A DNA stretch of 61,175 nucleotides, filler included, from Circinaria calcarea (lineage: Eukaryota): assembly GCA_051942165.1 (NCBI GenBank). It is 17 parts of 17 records of this genome, joined end to end, with 100 filler letters (N's around TTAATTAATTAA, not from the genome) between each part and the next. Parts side by side here need not be neighbours in the genome. Positions count along the whole stretch, not along the records: positions 7,232 to 10,744 come from JAVECS010002782.1; positions 10,845 to 14,356 come from JAVECS010002783.1; positions 14,457 to 17,968 come from JAVECS010002784.1; positions 18,069 to 21,576 come from JAVECS010002785.1; positions 21,677 to 25,181 come from JAVECS010002786.1; 12 more parts are not named here. One strand, written 5' to 3'. The notes under the pieces are model-generated. The model saw only the letters and a list, made by a program, of their open reading frames with translations, ran no database searches and was not told the DNA's origin. This document shows, one piece after another, positions 10,090 to 23,066 of this stretch. The first letter of the stretch is position 1. Each line of letters opens with the position of its first letter. The translations under genes and the position numbers were made by a program.

Positions 10090-12007
10090 GAAGTTAAAGA
10101 GTCACGTTAAAACAGCTACAGTAAGTAAACCTTGGCTATGACGAGTTGGGGGAAAAATATTAGAAATTTATTCTCGTTATAATCAAAGTTCTCGTTGTAT
10201 TCAAGATAGGGGCTGGAGTGAATAGTGGAGTACTTGTACTATATCAAACTTGAATAATGCATTACTTATGCCATGATATCTGCTTTGTGCATGTAGCCCT
10301 GTTGTAATCCTTACTTTATACACGATTGTACAGCTTGTGCATAACGAGTTACCGTAAAATGGTTGAAATTATTAACGAGAGCTTGGAATATGGAGATTCT
10401 CGTAAAATCCCAGAAAATATTCTGTTATACCCATGTTCTCGTTCAATTCCGACTCGTTATAGTCAGTTAAGCTTCCGCTCGGCTATCAAAGTACTGTTTA
10501 CCTTCCAATGTAAGAAACGGGCTGAAAATTGTTCCTCTCCATCCTGTCTATAGGTGTTTCGCCCATCATTTGACTTTGACTCTTCGAACAATGACTTTAT
10601 CTACTCCCTCCAATTCCCACCCTACCCTATCTTTCTCCTTCAACATCCCCCAACCTCTTGCTGCACATTTCTCGACATATCCCCGCTCAACCGTCAGATA
10701 GCTCCTCCCGATACATTTCAAAGCATGCTTCCTCATGCCGTCCTNNNNNNNNNNNNNNNNNNNNNNNNNNNNNNNNNNNNNNNNNNNNTTAATTAATTAA
10801 NNNNNNNNNNNNNNNNNNNNNNNNNNNNNNNNNNNNNNNNNNNNGACAGTCATAACTCCCCTCCCTCCCACCTATCCACTAGCTTTTCCCGCCGTGCCTA
10901 CCTTTCATCGTCGATGGCGATTCCTGAATCCTATCAGATGTGCGTCTACTAAAAAGGAGACCTCGGAGAGGGATCAGCGTTCGAACTTTCCTAGGAGCGC
11001 CCGGGGTGAGTGGACGATTCTTGCTGATGTGGTGGGTGGGCGTCGCAGGGGCCTTTTGGGATATGGTAGGTTTGAAGCGGCGATTGTGGTGGGAGGCTGG
11101 GGTGTGATTTGGTGGGTGAGGACGGATTGGGGGCGTGATACATCGGGAGGCTGCTGGGGTGAGGGTGTTAGAACGGTCGATTGAGGGGTCGGAGAGCTGG
11201 GGATCAAAGGCATGGTTTTGTTCATGCGGATCAAGGGTTGGATGTGTTGCTGACTGATGGCGACTGGGGATATTGGGTGCGGTGGGGGGATCTGGGGGTG
11301 GGCTATTTGGGGAGGTAATGCGGGTGCGTCGTGGGGGACTTGGACAATTGAGAGTGTGGTGAATGTCTGGGGTCGAATGCTGGTTGCTCTTGGCTGGAGG
11401 ACTGATTAGCTTTGGATTACTGAAAGTTTGCTATATTGCTTGTATCCACAAAATACTATAAATATTCAAGGAGAACAAAAAGAGGACTTACAGATTGTCC
11501 GCTGGGCATCATTGGTCTGCTGGCTACTCGGATCGACGGTAGCCGGTTGGGCGCTGTAGGTGCTATTGTGTTTATTGGGCGTACAAGCCAGAACATATTG
11601 CAATGGATCCATCCCAAGGTTACCACAGGCTGCGTTCATGTTGAATTAAAGTACAATGGTGGTGGAAGGTATTGGCATGATGGAAGGATGCATACATAGT
11701 CTACCACGGGTGCAATGAATGACATGTCTTAATGTGAATACCAGTAAGTAGCCGATTATCTCTGTGGGGGAAGTTTGAAGTAGGTACAATTCACTTCAAT
11801 TTCCTTCAGTGAGTGATAGGGGTGTGAGAATGGCATGAGGTAGTTGAGATGTTTCCTGGCGAGATAGATTGCCAGGGCAAAGAAGTAATTGGTAGAGGAA
11901 ATTGAGTTAAGGCCCTCCGTTACCAGATCTAGTTGGCGACAGGTGTAAACCTGCAACTGGAAGCCCGACTCTTGCTAGATGGTTTCGTCAAAGGGAGCAA
12001 ACCTCCT

Positions 12008-13545
12008 TCAAGAGCCGCTCGTCATCTTCCACAACAAATATTCCTCAGTCAGTGTGGCTTTAATTTCCTCTTTAGCATTTATGTGAACTTCCTCCGTGGA
12101 ATCTATTGCGACCTTCGCTACTTTGTTTGGAAGCCGAAGTATTGTGAAGCCATCGCTTCCATCGACCGCTTGCAATGAGAAGCCATGCACACTCAACGCA
12201 AACCAGCCACGCTGCAGCTTTTTCATAGCTATGCTAACTCACACTATCAGGCAAACTCAAAATTGACTAATGGGTATGAGGCATTTTGACTTACGAGCAT
12301 TGTAAAAGCAACCCAAGGACCCAAGCAGCCGGAAGGAACCCATGCCAGGTGACCTTCTTGACGGTATTCACGGTTGCACTATCACTCTCTGGTACGCTAT
12401 AACGGCAAAGATACGGGTCAATCGTATCACCATCCTGGACACGAGGACTGTTCATACCGACGAGACCCAACCATTCGTGAAGATCAATTGCTTCTAGTTC
12501 AAGGTCCATCAACTGTGATGGTTCGCTTCGAAGTACATGATTGATCGAAGGTACTAATACCGACTGCATGCACGTTTGTTGAGATATACAAGTACTTGTA
12601 ATGGGATGGTGCTTAGCTATGGGTCGTATGTCATTGTCTAATCGAGTCTAGTAAGTCCTTGAACTTTGATGAGGGGGAATATAAATACGGTGCTGAGTGT
12701 CCTTACTTGATTCGGAACTGTCACTCTTGTCATTGAAGTCGTAGAAGAGCCATGTCACGGAGTGATTGAGTACGTTCTTGAAAGCCCAGACGATCCTTTC
12801 GAATCCTTTTTTTCCATGTAGCATAGATGGCAAGCGGAGGTTGATTTCGATCGCTGCAGAAATACTTAGTAGAGGGTTTTCAACTTAGCCTAATTCTCTT
12901 TACCAAATCTGGTCTTGATGTGTTTTCGACCTCCATCTAACATTGGTTTACCTACTAAGCCCGCGCGCTCGTATACTTCTTTTGGCAGCTCGAGTCGTAA
13001 TATACCTGGTATAGTATACTCAGATACGATAGAATAGCATACAATATTATGATCAGAGACTTCATCATACCATCTTTCAGATTATACAGATTGTCGATTC
13101 CAGGTCGACCCTCGGAGAGCATCAAGACATTTCCTAATTAAAGTCACAAAAAATCCAAGAAAACATGAAAGGCGATGCGTCTAGCAAGCGCAGAAAATGC
13201 TACCAGCTTTGATGTATGAGTTGAAAAACTCCCCTTCGAGCAGTTCTGGAAGAGACAGGATGACCTTCGAATACCGAACATGGCTAATTTGACTTTCAAT
13301 TCTTTCCCAAACTAAATCATAAATCTCCTGCGGTAAAATGAGATCAACCTCCCGGTTTCCGTCAGTAGACCTCTGATATGCTTAGGGCACGCGGAGCATA
13401 CTGTATGATTGAATGGCTGGTTCAATATTGTCGAAAATGGCTGCTTCTTGCTTGGAGGCTCTTTTGGATCTACAAACGTGGGCAAAGCACCGTGCGTCAC
13501 GTAGCATTTCGGAGGTGCTTTGTTATCCATGCCAAAGCCAATCAT
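12008..13545 (-). CDS. RPP40: RNase P/MRP subunit p40 (Rpp40), multi-exon
   Basis: Exons encode KCYVTHGALP...KKQPFSTI, INLRLPSMLHGKKGFERIVWAFKNVLNHSVTWLF, LHEWLGLVGMNSPRV...DTIDPYLCRYSVP and WFALSVHGF. These are typical of fungal Ribonuc_P_40 proteins. Confidence 0.88.
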
Positions 13546-13813
13546 TTGGTGAATCGTCGTGCTGGCCGTCAAAGTTCCATTCCGTGTCTTCCCAAGACGA
13601 TGAGCTTGAGAGTTTTGGAGAAGTTATCTAAGCGATCGCTCTGTTTGGCAGATGAGGGTTCAGCCCTACAGGGTGGTCGATCTCCTCGAGTCCACGTCAA
13701 ACCCTCGATGGTTCAGAGATACAAAACTGGGGATTAACCCGTTTACCGCAACGATGGGTGAGAAGGAGCGCCGAATCTTATATCACTGCTGATGCATGCC
13801 CTCTGCCTGTCCA

Positions 13814-14306
13814 ATGGCTCCAGTAATATTGCGCAAATCCGTCCCCAAAGACCGCTTCTCGGCGCTCTTTTCCACCCTCAAGACCCAAACCTATCATGAC
13901 CCTTCCTCTCGAGGTCCAGGCTCGCATACGTAAGGTTTCACTTGTCAGCGCTTTCTTCTCGATCGTTGAATAATCTACTAAAGATCTCAACAGTATTCGC
14001 TCTATAGCTTGGAACCCGACGGGTCACCTCATCGCCACTGGCTCCGCAGACCGCACCCTTCGCATCTGGAACCCTGAAAAGCCCCAAGTCAAGAACAGCA
14101 CCGAGTTGCGCGGTCATACCGGCGGTATTGAGCGAGTGGCATGGAATCCCGTCAAGGAAACCGAGTTAGCTTCTGTCTCTAGCGATGGCACATGCAAATT
14201 CTGGGACGTCAGGAGCAAAGGATGCGTGGAGACGGTACAGCTGGGAGGAGAGGGATTGACCATCAGTTGGGCAGCGGACGGAAGCGTTGTCATGGTTGGG
14301 AGGAAG
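13814..14306 (+). CDS. TEX1: THO complex subunit 3 (Tex1/THOC3) WD40 protein, 5' part (3' truncated)
   Basis: MAPVILRK..., intron, IRSIAWNPTGHLIATGSADRTLRIWNPEK...STELRGHTGGIERVAWNP...ELASVSSDGTCKFWDVRS. The next intron donor is at 14307 and the contig then ends. Confidence 0.8.
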
Positions 14307-14456
14307 GTAAGACCTCTACGCCGTCAACCCATGCCCCCAACCCAGTCCTTAAACCCNNNNNNNNNNNNNNNNNNNNNNNNNNNNNNNNNNNNNNNNNNNN
14401 TTAATTAATTAANNNNNNNNNNNNNNNNNNNNNNNNNNNNNNNNNNNNNNNNNNNN

Positions 14457-17193
14457 ACAAGCACGCAAAGTAGGATTGCCCAAGCATGTGATCGGTGTCG
14501 CAGTAAGAAGATACGGTGTGACGGCATCACGCCATGCTGCTCGCAATGCACAGCTGTCGGCTTCGAGTGCAAGACAAGCGATAAGTTGAGCAGAAGAGCC
14601 TTCCCCCGGGGATACACAGAATCGTTGGAAGAGAGAGTGCGTGCTCTGGAAGGAGAAGTCAAGGAATTGAAAGATCTCCTCGACGAGAAGGATGAGAAGA
14701 TCGATATCATATCCCGGGTCAATTCCAACTCCCTTCCAAAACGGCCATATGTTCCCTTCTCGCCTGATCCATCGATTGACTCGAAGCCATGCGCGGTACC
14801 GAAAGAGGACATCTTTAGGATGCAGCAGTCCCCGGTTCTGATGGACAATAAGAAGGCAGATTCTTATTTCGTGGGCACATCTAGTAGCAGAGCTTTCGTT
14901 GGTAAGGTGCATCACACAAACCTACTTTACAGATTCTCTAAACCTATTCCAGACGCCGTGAAACGCAAGATCCAAGAAAGCGGAAGACCGTGTGCAAACT
15001 TCAACATTGACGCCCTTTCCCCTACATCCCATGCGTCTACTGCTACTGGAAACACGATGCTAGATAACCCTCTATTAGCAAGCGGAGTGCCACCACGCCT
15101 CATCTCCGACCAGCTCATGAACATCTTCTTCCAGGAATGGGCACCCATGTACCCTGTGCTGCATCGACCGACCTTCCTCAAGCTATATGCAGATTATACT
15201 GCGGATCCAAATAGCATTAGTAATTCACACGCTATAGCACAGCTCCACTTGGTATTTGGCATTGCCGCAATGTCTTCGGAAGTGAGTATCCCGAATAATC
15301 TAGATATCGAAATAGACTAACTTACGGAAAGAGTAATAAAGAGATTGTAGCCGGCTCTGAGAGTCACTGGAGAGCAGCATTAGATTCTGTCGTGTCCGAT
15401 AATTCATTATCCACCCTACAATGTTTGGTGTTGGCGCAGATCTATTGCACCTGTAAGGCAGACTATGACAGCCTTGGACGGTATAAAGGCGTTGCTGTTT
15501 CTCTTGCATACCGTTTGGGGCTTCACCAGAGTCAGAAACGGTTCTCCCTTGGTGCTTTGAACCGTGAAACGAGGAAGAAGGTGTTTTGGTCCTTGTACAC
15601 TGTTGATTGGTTAGTCATGTCCCCTACACCGAATAAGTCCTACCATTGACATCTCTCAGCTTTTCAGCTGCTCTGTTAGGTTTGCCAACCCTTTTGAAAG
15701 ACAATGATATTCAAACCGAGTATCCTTCTGATGTCGACGATGAGAACGTGACGGAGCGTGGATTTCAGCCGACTCTCCCGGGCGAATCAACAAGGCTCTC
15801 AAGCGGTCTTGCCCTTTTCCGGCTTGCTCGTATCATGTCTCAAGTACTCCTCGAAATCTATCCATCAACCTCATCTCATAATCTATCTCTCCACCAGCTA
15901 TCTACTTTGAGCGATAAGCTGGACGCTTGGCGGGATGAGCTTGCACCTCATCTTCGTTTACAGTTCGTGCAAGATAAGCCTAGCACCAACATTGTTAGCA
16001 GCAGGTCGCCTCTTCTGGTATGGGAATCTAGCCCGCATTTGCTATGGTTATTGCTAAGCTTTGGATAGTCTCTCGCTTTCTATTTTATCCGCACCCTCAT
16101 TCACCGCCCCGCTGTGACGTCCAGCCTTGGAGCAAAAGCCTCATCCTCCAGTGTTGCTCTTGCTGACTCTAATAAACACATTATACAGATTGTTCAGCTT
16201 CTCGAGGAACGGCGTATGAGCTTTTCAATATGCCTTAATAAGAATGAAATCCTGCTATTGGCTGGCCTCAGTCTCGTCCTCCAGAGACTTGATGTCAAAC
16301 AAGAAGGAAAGATCATGCATGATAACCAAAGGCTTGTCTCATCGGTTATCAACAACATGGACCGCAACGCCTTTTCAGGCGCCCGTGCCTTTAAGAAGAT
16401 TGCGTCCTCTACAGTTGCTAATGAGCAATTCGAGAAGCCCCTTTCTCCAGCAGCTAGCTCTCGCACGTCACAAAGAAATTCAACTACTAGCTCACTTGGG
16501 CCGCAAGCTATCTCGAAATTTGCAAGGCAACAAATACAAGCAGTCACTTCACGCTTCTCCTACGGTACTTCTCAATTTACAGAGCATGGAATGTCAAATA
16601 GTAGACGCTCTACCACGCCATCTCTGCCTCTTGGCCTTACGCTTCATTCCCGTAATTATAGTCAAGCAAGCATCTCATCCGCTCGATCCGAACCCATATA
16701 TCGACCAGGTCGCCCGACTTTGCAGACCGCACAAACACAGATCACAAGTACCTATCTTGATGGACCTGATCTCGACTATCTCTCTTTCGGCAATAATGAA
16801 TCCCTTCTAGCACTTAACCACATTGCCGACGTCCAAACCCCTGAAGCTTCTTCTGAATGGGAGAGCCTCTTCGGCTTCATTGATGCCAGCGAGACCTTCC
16901 CTGAAGATAGCAACAATTCATCCTGCGATCTCAACACCCCCCCTCCCACCGAAACATTTCCCCACTTGTCCCAGAGTTCTCAGACTGCAGGCACCCATGA
17001 AAAGTCTCCGGAAATATGGGCTATCGTCGATGAGCCAAGTAAGCAGTCTGCATTCGCGCCAAGTGATTTCAGTCTGCCGGAAGAGGGCTCGACTAGCGGT
17101 GAAGATCTCAGTGCTTGCGAGCTCGGAATGGAGTATAGGGCAATTATGATGCCGAGTTTCGAGGGACTGGAAGGGCAACATGTGCCCTACTAA
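14457..17193 (+). CDS. facB: Zn(II)2Cys6 transcription factor FacB/Acu-15 (Cat8/Sip4 family; acetate utilisation), 5' truncated
   Basis: [58 protein letters not shown] is the FacB/Cat8 signature. A fungal-specific TF domain follows ([31 protein letters not shown]). Four introns at about 14902, 15282, 15610 and 16018. Confidence 0.93.
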
Positions 17194-17604
17194 ATGGGCT
17201 ATAATCAAGCAAATGCCAAATGGGTGGGAACGGAGGCGCTAGTGGCTTGCAGTGGTATTGCAGAGTTGTTTTGGAGGCTATGGATCTTGGAGTCGGAGCC
17301 ATATTTGAGATGTACGTTCTCTCGGCGGGCTGTCTGCTAGCGTGCAGTGTTTTCCTTTTTGCTTCACGAAAAGACGACTGTGTATATAAGGTGATGTCAA
17401 TGGCTTGATTATAGACTTTGTTGATAGATGACAGAATTAGTTTACACGACGTAACATTGCGGGGTCTCATAATACTTGGATAGCCGAGAGTGAGTTGAAG
17501 CAACCTCAAGCGTGTGTCTACTATCAAAGGTTTGGAAACCAGAAGTTCACTGCAGGACCGCTCGGCCATCGGAGCATCATGCTCAAACTGATCAACACCC
17601 ACGT

Positions 17605-17968
17605 CTAAGATTTCCCACGACGTAACACTGCCTGGTCGGTCAGCGGGCCTTTACGCTCGTGATCCCCAGGGAGCTTAAAAAACTCCACTTCCAGATCATC
17701 CATGCAAAATTCCCAGTCCAGCGCGTCTTCGCCGTAATCGGCAAAGAACTCCACCTTGTACAGCCGATCCCATTCCTCGCGGCTAAACTCCTGCATCTTG
17801 ACGCGAAAGGGCAAATGGTAGGCGAAGTCGAAATCCACATGCCACGCCAGCGGCTCCTCTCGCTCATGCGAGTAGCCCTTCACCGAGACCGTGGAGCCCG
17901 GCCAGGGCGAGGCCATGGGTTTGATGTAGAATGCGCGAAGGGTAAAGAAGGGATACCATCCTGCGGTT
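17605..17968 (-). CDS. Conserved fungal hypothetical protein, C-terminal part (5' truncated)
   Basis: Open frame from the contig edge: TAGWYPFFTLRAFYIKPMASPWPG...WHVDFDFAYHLPFRVKM...DYGEDALDWEFCMDDLEVEF. Strong coding-like codon use. Convergent with facB. Confidence 0.7.
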
Positions 17969-18459
17969 NNNNNNNNNNNNNNNNNNNNNNNNNNNNNNNN
18001 NNNNNNNNNNNNTTAATTAATTAANNNNNNNNNNNNNNNNNNNNNNNNNNNNNNNNNNNNNNNNNNNNGGGTTAGTTCTAGGAAGTAGGGATTCTATAGC
18101 TAAGGGGAGTGAGGGATCCGAAAAGGGGGCTCGGGAATGGTCGTGGACGATAATGACGGTGGATAATGACGGTGGTAGGGGATATCGCTCTGGCCGTTAC
18201 CCGGGCTCCCGTGCTGAAACCCGACTTTTTGACCAGATTCCATAGAAAGTTGGTGGTTTATTCCAAAGGAAAACGGTGGAAAGGAGATAAATAACCGTAG
18301 AATAGGGAAGCCTGCGGAAGGGTGGACGGACCGGGGAATTGTGGTTCTTGAACGAGGCGAAGGGGGGTGGAGATCTCGAGATAGGTTAATCTACCGTTTT
18401 TTTCTTCTTTGATCACAGACTCCCACATTCTTATTACATCTTAATTAACATTGCATTAG

Positions 18460-19650
18460 ATGGCGGTGGTCAGCCGAGCGCTATGTAGCGATTAAGATCA
18501 AAGCTGTCAGTCGTGTCATCAAGGGAGCTGCCGAAGGCGAACGCCGTAGCACTCAGTGTATTCAAAAGCATATCCGCGACATAGAGGATGACATTTCGTC
18601 AGGACTCTACTCGATTCTTTTACGATAAAAGGTCCGTCTAGCGATCATTCTTGTCTTGTCTTCGAGCCCTTGCGGGAGCCCCTCTGGTTGTTGAATCAAC
18701 GATTCGATATAGATACCACTACCTCTGAAATTCTCAAAAGTATGATTGAGATGCTACTCCACGGACTGGATTATCTACACATGGAATGCTTCATTATTCA
18801 CACCGGTAAGTAGAGTGTACATTGGATTCGGATGTTAATGACCGCAAGCACATGGGGTAACCTTGGCTGATTTCCTCAACAGATCTTAAACCTGACAATA
18901 TTCTGGTCGGACTTGAAGATAAGACGATCCTTGCAAGAGATGCCAACGATGAATTCATAAATCCGCTTCCGCAGAAAAGGCACGATGATCGGACCATATA
19001 CTTATCACGCAATAATTACGGTCAACCGGAGTCGGTAACCGAGATAGTATCAATCACCGACTTTGACAGGTCGGTTCCATTTTTTAATAATAACTGCATT
19101 CAAGCCGAGACTTACCGCGCTCCGGAAGTGATTCTGGCGGTAGGGTGGACGTATAGCGCTGATATATGGAACTTGGGTGCAATGGCATGCCTTTCAGTCC
19201 GCGTTTTCAGACTGGCAAGTTACGAGGCTGGGATTTGTTGGAAAAAAGACCCCTTTTCGAAGCCGTCGATCCGTTGAAGGCTCACTATGATGACCAGACG
19301 CATCTGGCATATATCGCTATACTATTGGGCCCACGCCCCAAGGAACTTCTTGCACGGGGAATGAGGACTTTACTATTTTATACCCCTGACGGTAAATGGT
19401 CCTTTTTAGTAGATATTTGTCTCCATATCCGTTATTTCTTACCAGCGAAATAGGAGCCCTTCAATCTCCTGCCCTTGTGCCTAAAAACTTTAGTCTGGAA
19501 AGTTCTATTACCGCAATTGGTGGTGAGGAAAAGAGATTGTTCTCGAGTTCGTGAGTAGGATGCTTAAGTGGCAACCAGGGGATCGGAGCACGGCGAAGGA
19601 GTTGCTCAGTGATCCATCGTTAAGGGCAGATTTTTGGCGACGGACAGTGA
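18460..19650 (+). pseudogene. SRPK/Sky1-like (CMGC) Ser/Thr kinase pseudogene
   Basis: RYVAIKI, CLVFEPLREPLW, GLDYLH..C.IIHT-intron-DLKPDNIL, YRAPEVIL...WTYSADIWNLG, RMLKWQPGDRSTAKELL. It has an in-frame TGA at 18589-18591, frameshifts near 18560 and 19541, and no N-terminal exon. Confidence 0.85.
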
Positions 19651-20132
19651 ATAAGCCTGGTGGGGTTTAGGCTGCTACGAATTGTAACCGCTCAGCTCCA
19701 GTGTTCACCCCAAACGAGTCCTAGGTTTTCACCATACTATCTCAGGCTTTTACTAAAGCCATGGCTTTCTACTCTCATGTTTCCACGAAGTCATGCTTTC
19801 TACTTTCCACTTTCTACGAACAATAAGCCAAACCATTCCGTCCATTGCTTTCGTGCGGACCCGCCACCCAAGCCACCGTTCTCACCCCAACCCATTTCTC
19901 AAACCGCACACAGAACCTGCTCTCCCCCCCCAATTCCAGCACCGCCCGCCTTACCTGATCCAACCTACGGCGGGCTCCCCTTTCACTCCACTGACTCCCC
20001 GGTCAACGCCCTTGAAATTCTTCACCAAAAGCATAACACGCCAAGTCCCGTATATCGCGTCCCCCTATAATATGTTCGTGCACGCACTTCATCCGTACGT
20101 CCCCAAACCCCTTATTCTTGCATTCTCTCCTC

Positions 20133-20188
20133 CCAGCATCACGCTATTCTAGCTATACGTCCAGCATCACGCTATTCTAGCCATACGT
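20133..20188. repeat. 28-bp tandem duplication (2 copies, 1 mismatch)
   Basis: ccagcatcacgctattctagctatacgt followed by ccagcatcacgctattctagccatacgt. Confidence 0.9.
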
Positions 20189-22925
20189 CCAAGTAGCGGC
20201 AAGTCTTAGCAGCGACTCCACTGCCGGGCCCTACCCGCCTCTCTACACCATTTAGAAGATAGGTAGGAATCCAAGCCTCAATCTAGTAGAATACTATTCC
20301 GACCCGGCCCGTCCCGCCCGGGGCTTTCAAGATGCGATATGTATTTTCGCCTGATGCTGCATGCGGATACCATAGGGGGGTTTTTCAAAATTAGAAAAAC
20401 GCTAAAGTTTTACATGGAACCGAGGTATTAGGAAATTTATCCCCCCTTCCAACTTCCCCCCCGGGTACAAACCGGAAGCTCGTTGTCCATTCATAAAAGC
20501 CCATAATTAATAGCGCTAGACCGCCCAATTCGGGGCTTCTTCGCAGCCTACAAAGGACGTGCAGAATCTCCCAAATCGTTGCGGATTTGCAGAGTCGATG
20601 GCATGGGATGCGAGTAGTTTAGGTAGGGTTTTCAAAGAAGCTCGGTGATAACAGCGCCCCCGGTTTTTGAAGAGCGCTATGGTATCGAAGATCTACGGAT
20701 TGAGAGATAGGGCGGCGATAGGAGAGTGGGTATTTGGGTTGCGATGGCGCGTGTAGCGCGACCGATTTCACTATTCGTAGTTGGCAATAGTAGCGCTGGA
20801 GGAGTTGAAGAGCGAGGGCTAGGTTTTGCTTCGGTCTCGCTGGTGGAGAGGAGATGATTCGAGGTTGGGGGGGGGGAAGGGGACATTATGGCGGTGGTGG
20901 GAGAAACCCGTAGAAGCGGAATAGTTTTATAAAAACTACAGTTTTAAATGCTGGGACTTGGATAACTCATATTCACTTTTCGTCCTGGATGATTGGAGTG
21001 TTTGGGTAGATTCGATGCTAGTGAAAAACAACACAGCAGAGTGGTGTAAGATTTATTAAATGAGTATCTGAGATCCAAAAGACGTGGAGACGCGGTTGAG
21101 AAGAGGAAATGAAAATCGAGTACACATGATTTACCCCCATACCTGTAGGTAAATACTGTGGCGTAAGCTTATACATAGTAATGACCCATACCTGTGGACT
21201 TTGATCCTGTGTTGGGAAAAACTGCTATGAATCGGTTTTTGGATTTAGAAAAAGACTGGTCAAGAAGAATGGATAGATAGGTCAAGAGTCTGAAAATGGA
21301 AGAAATCATGCTAGGGTCAGGGATGTAAATGGTGCAATATTTTTTCGATCAGTATCCAGCCAACAGATGTACTTGGGGCATGAAACAGTAGGAAGTCACT
21401 GTACATTTTTTTTCTGTCCTCTTACCTTTCGCTTCATATACATTCACGACCGATGCAAAAGACTTCGAAGGGACCCAGCCCTTCAATAGTGCAGCCGGTA
21501 CAGTGCGCACTCCCGAGTCAGAGGGTGCTGCATTGTATTGATAATGCTGGTCTTGCACTGACAGTACAGCCCTAGGNNNNNNNNNNNNNNNNNNNNNNNN
21601 NNNNNNNNNNNNNNNNNNNNTTAATTAATTAANNNNNNNNNNNNNNNNNNNNNNNNNNNNNNNNNNNNNNNNNNNNTATTTATCCCGGGGCTAATTTTTT
21701 TTTTGGTTTAATATATATTATAGTGCTAGCGTTATAATATATATGATTACACGAATGCTAAATACATGGCCCGTAGGGCTGCGCCGGGCCGACATGCCTC
21801 CGTGTGTAGGGAAGCCCAGGGCTGATCCGTAATAATTCCTATATAGGCGGAATTTATGAAAAGTCTATGGATTTGTGTGGCAGAAAACAATACTTTTATA
21901 TATACTACGCGAAGGCGCTATTACTTCTTATATTAAGCTCTCGTGTCCATACTCGCGAGTTCACGTGCATAGTGCCAAGTTCGACATGTTAATATGAACT
22001 GCTTGTGGTTTATTTATTCTATTAAGAGGAAGAACAATGTGGGCATAGCCCTGGACCCCTATGGACCCTGAATGCTTCATGCGAGCCGTGTGTGCGCTAC
22101 CATAATAGCTCAAATCGAAAAGCACGGGGCTAAAGCTGGGTTTTTGACGCTAGCATAACTTGACAGCTGCTCCCTAACTTTAAATATGGACTCCTGGTAC
22201 CTTAACAAGATCGCCTCAACTCGAGCTATTCTACAAGCCAAACCAATAAGCAGTTTTCCACTCCCGCTAACGTCCGTGACATCCACTGCCCGACTACTTG
22301 TCCTCTCTCAACACTCAGAGAGGAGACATCGGCGATGACGAACACTGTTAGGCCGCTGTCAATAACGGCGAGTCTCATGGAAGCCGCATTGGGAAGAAAG
22401 ATCAGCAAGCAGGGCCACTGCGCATGATGATGCTTGGCATCTTGGTTGGTGGGACAGGCCCCGTGTTGAAATCACCAAAGCCCAGTGCGGGCCCATTGCG
22501 CCTGGTGTGGGTCATCGACGTTGGCTGCATATCGTCTTTATAACTCGAGTAAAACTTTGATGCGACCTTGCTTGACTGTAACACAGGACACAGGGCCGTG
22601 GCAGAAAAGCTACGGGCTTAATTCGTTACTGGAGCCTGAGGATGCAGCCCACTACGGAATATTGTAGCCTATCTGGTTCTGTCGTCGTCAATGCCTGAAA
22701 AGATTCGAATCGGAGATAGCTCCATAAGAGTAATAGAGCTCTTTTATACAATCAGGTCCGCTCCAGACCTTCGGCTGCGGACCGATAGCTACGATAATGT
22801 CGATAAAAGGGAAAGAGGCGTATACACGAGCTGCCGTTAAGCAATATTCGGTTCATTTCCAGCTGCTTGTAGCGTGGTCAGGATTGATGGAAGATTTATA
22901 TTTAAACAGCCCGTTTCCCTCTCAA

Positions 22926-22933
22926 TATATAAA
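22926..22933 (+). promoter_or_regulatory. Putative TATA box of the DUF3494 gene
   Basis: TATATAAA about 140 bp upstream of ATG 23067, followed by a pyrimidine-rich leader and a CA-rich microsatellite (~23021-23058). Confidence 0.5.
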
Positions 22934-23066
22934 TTCCCATCCAGCTTCAATAACCAGACACTCCGGTCAAGCAGCTTCCTCTACATCTCTCAATTTGTGT
23001 TATATCCATCTTCCCTGACCAACACATACATACACATACACACACACACGCACACACGAATAGAAG

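Noticed and set aside
10845..11640. Pro-rich minus-strand reading frames with an intron-like gap (~11490-11395)
   Set aside because: Several frames are open because of C-rich low complexity. No consistent gene model or family could be supported.
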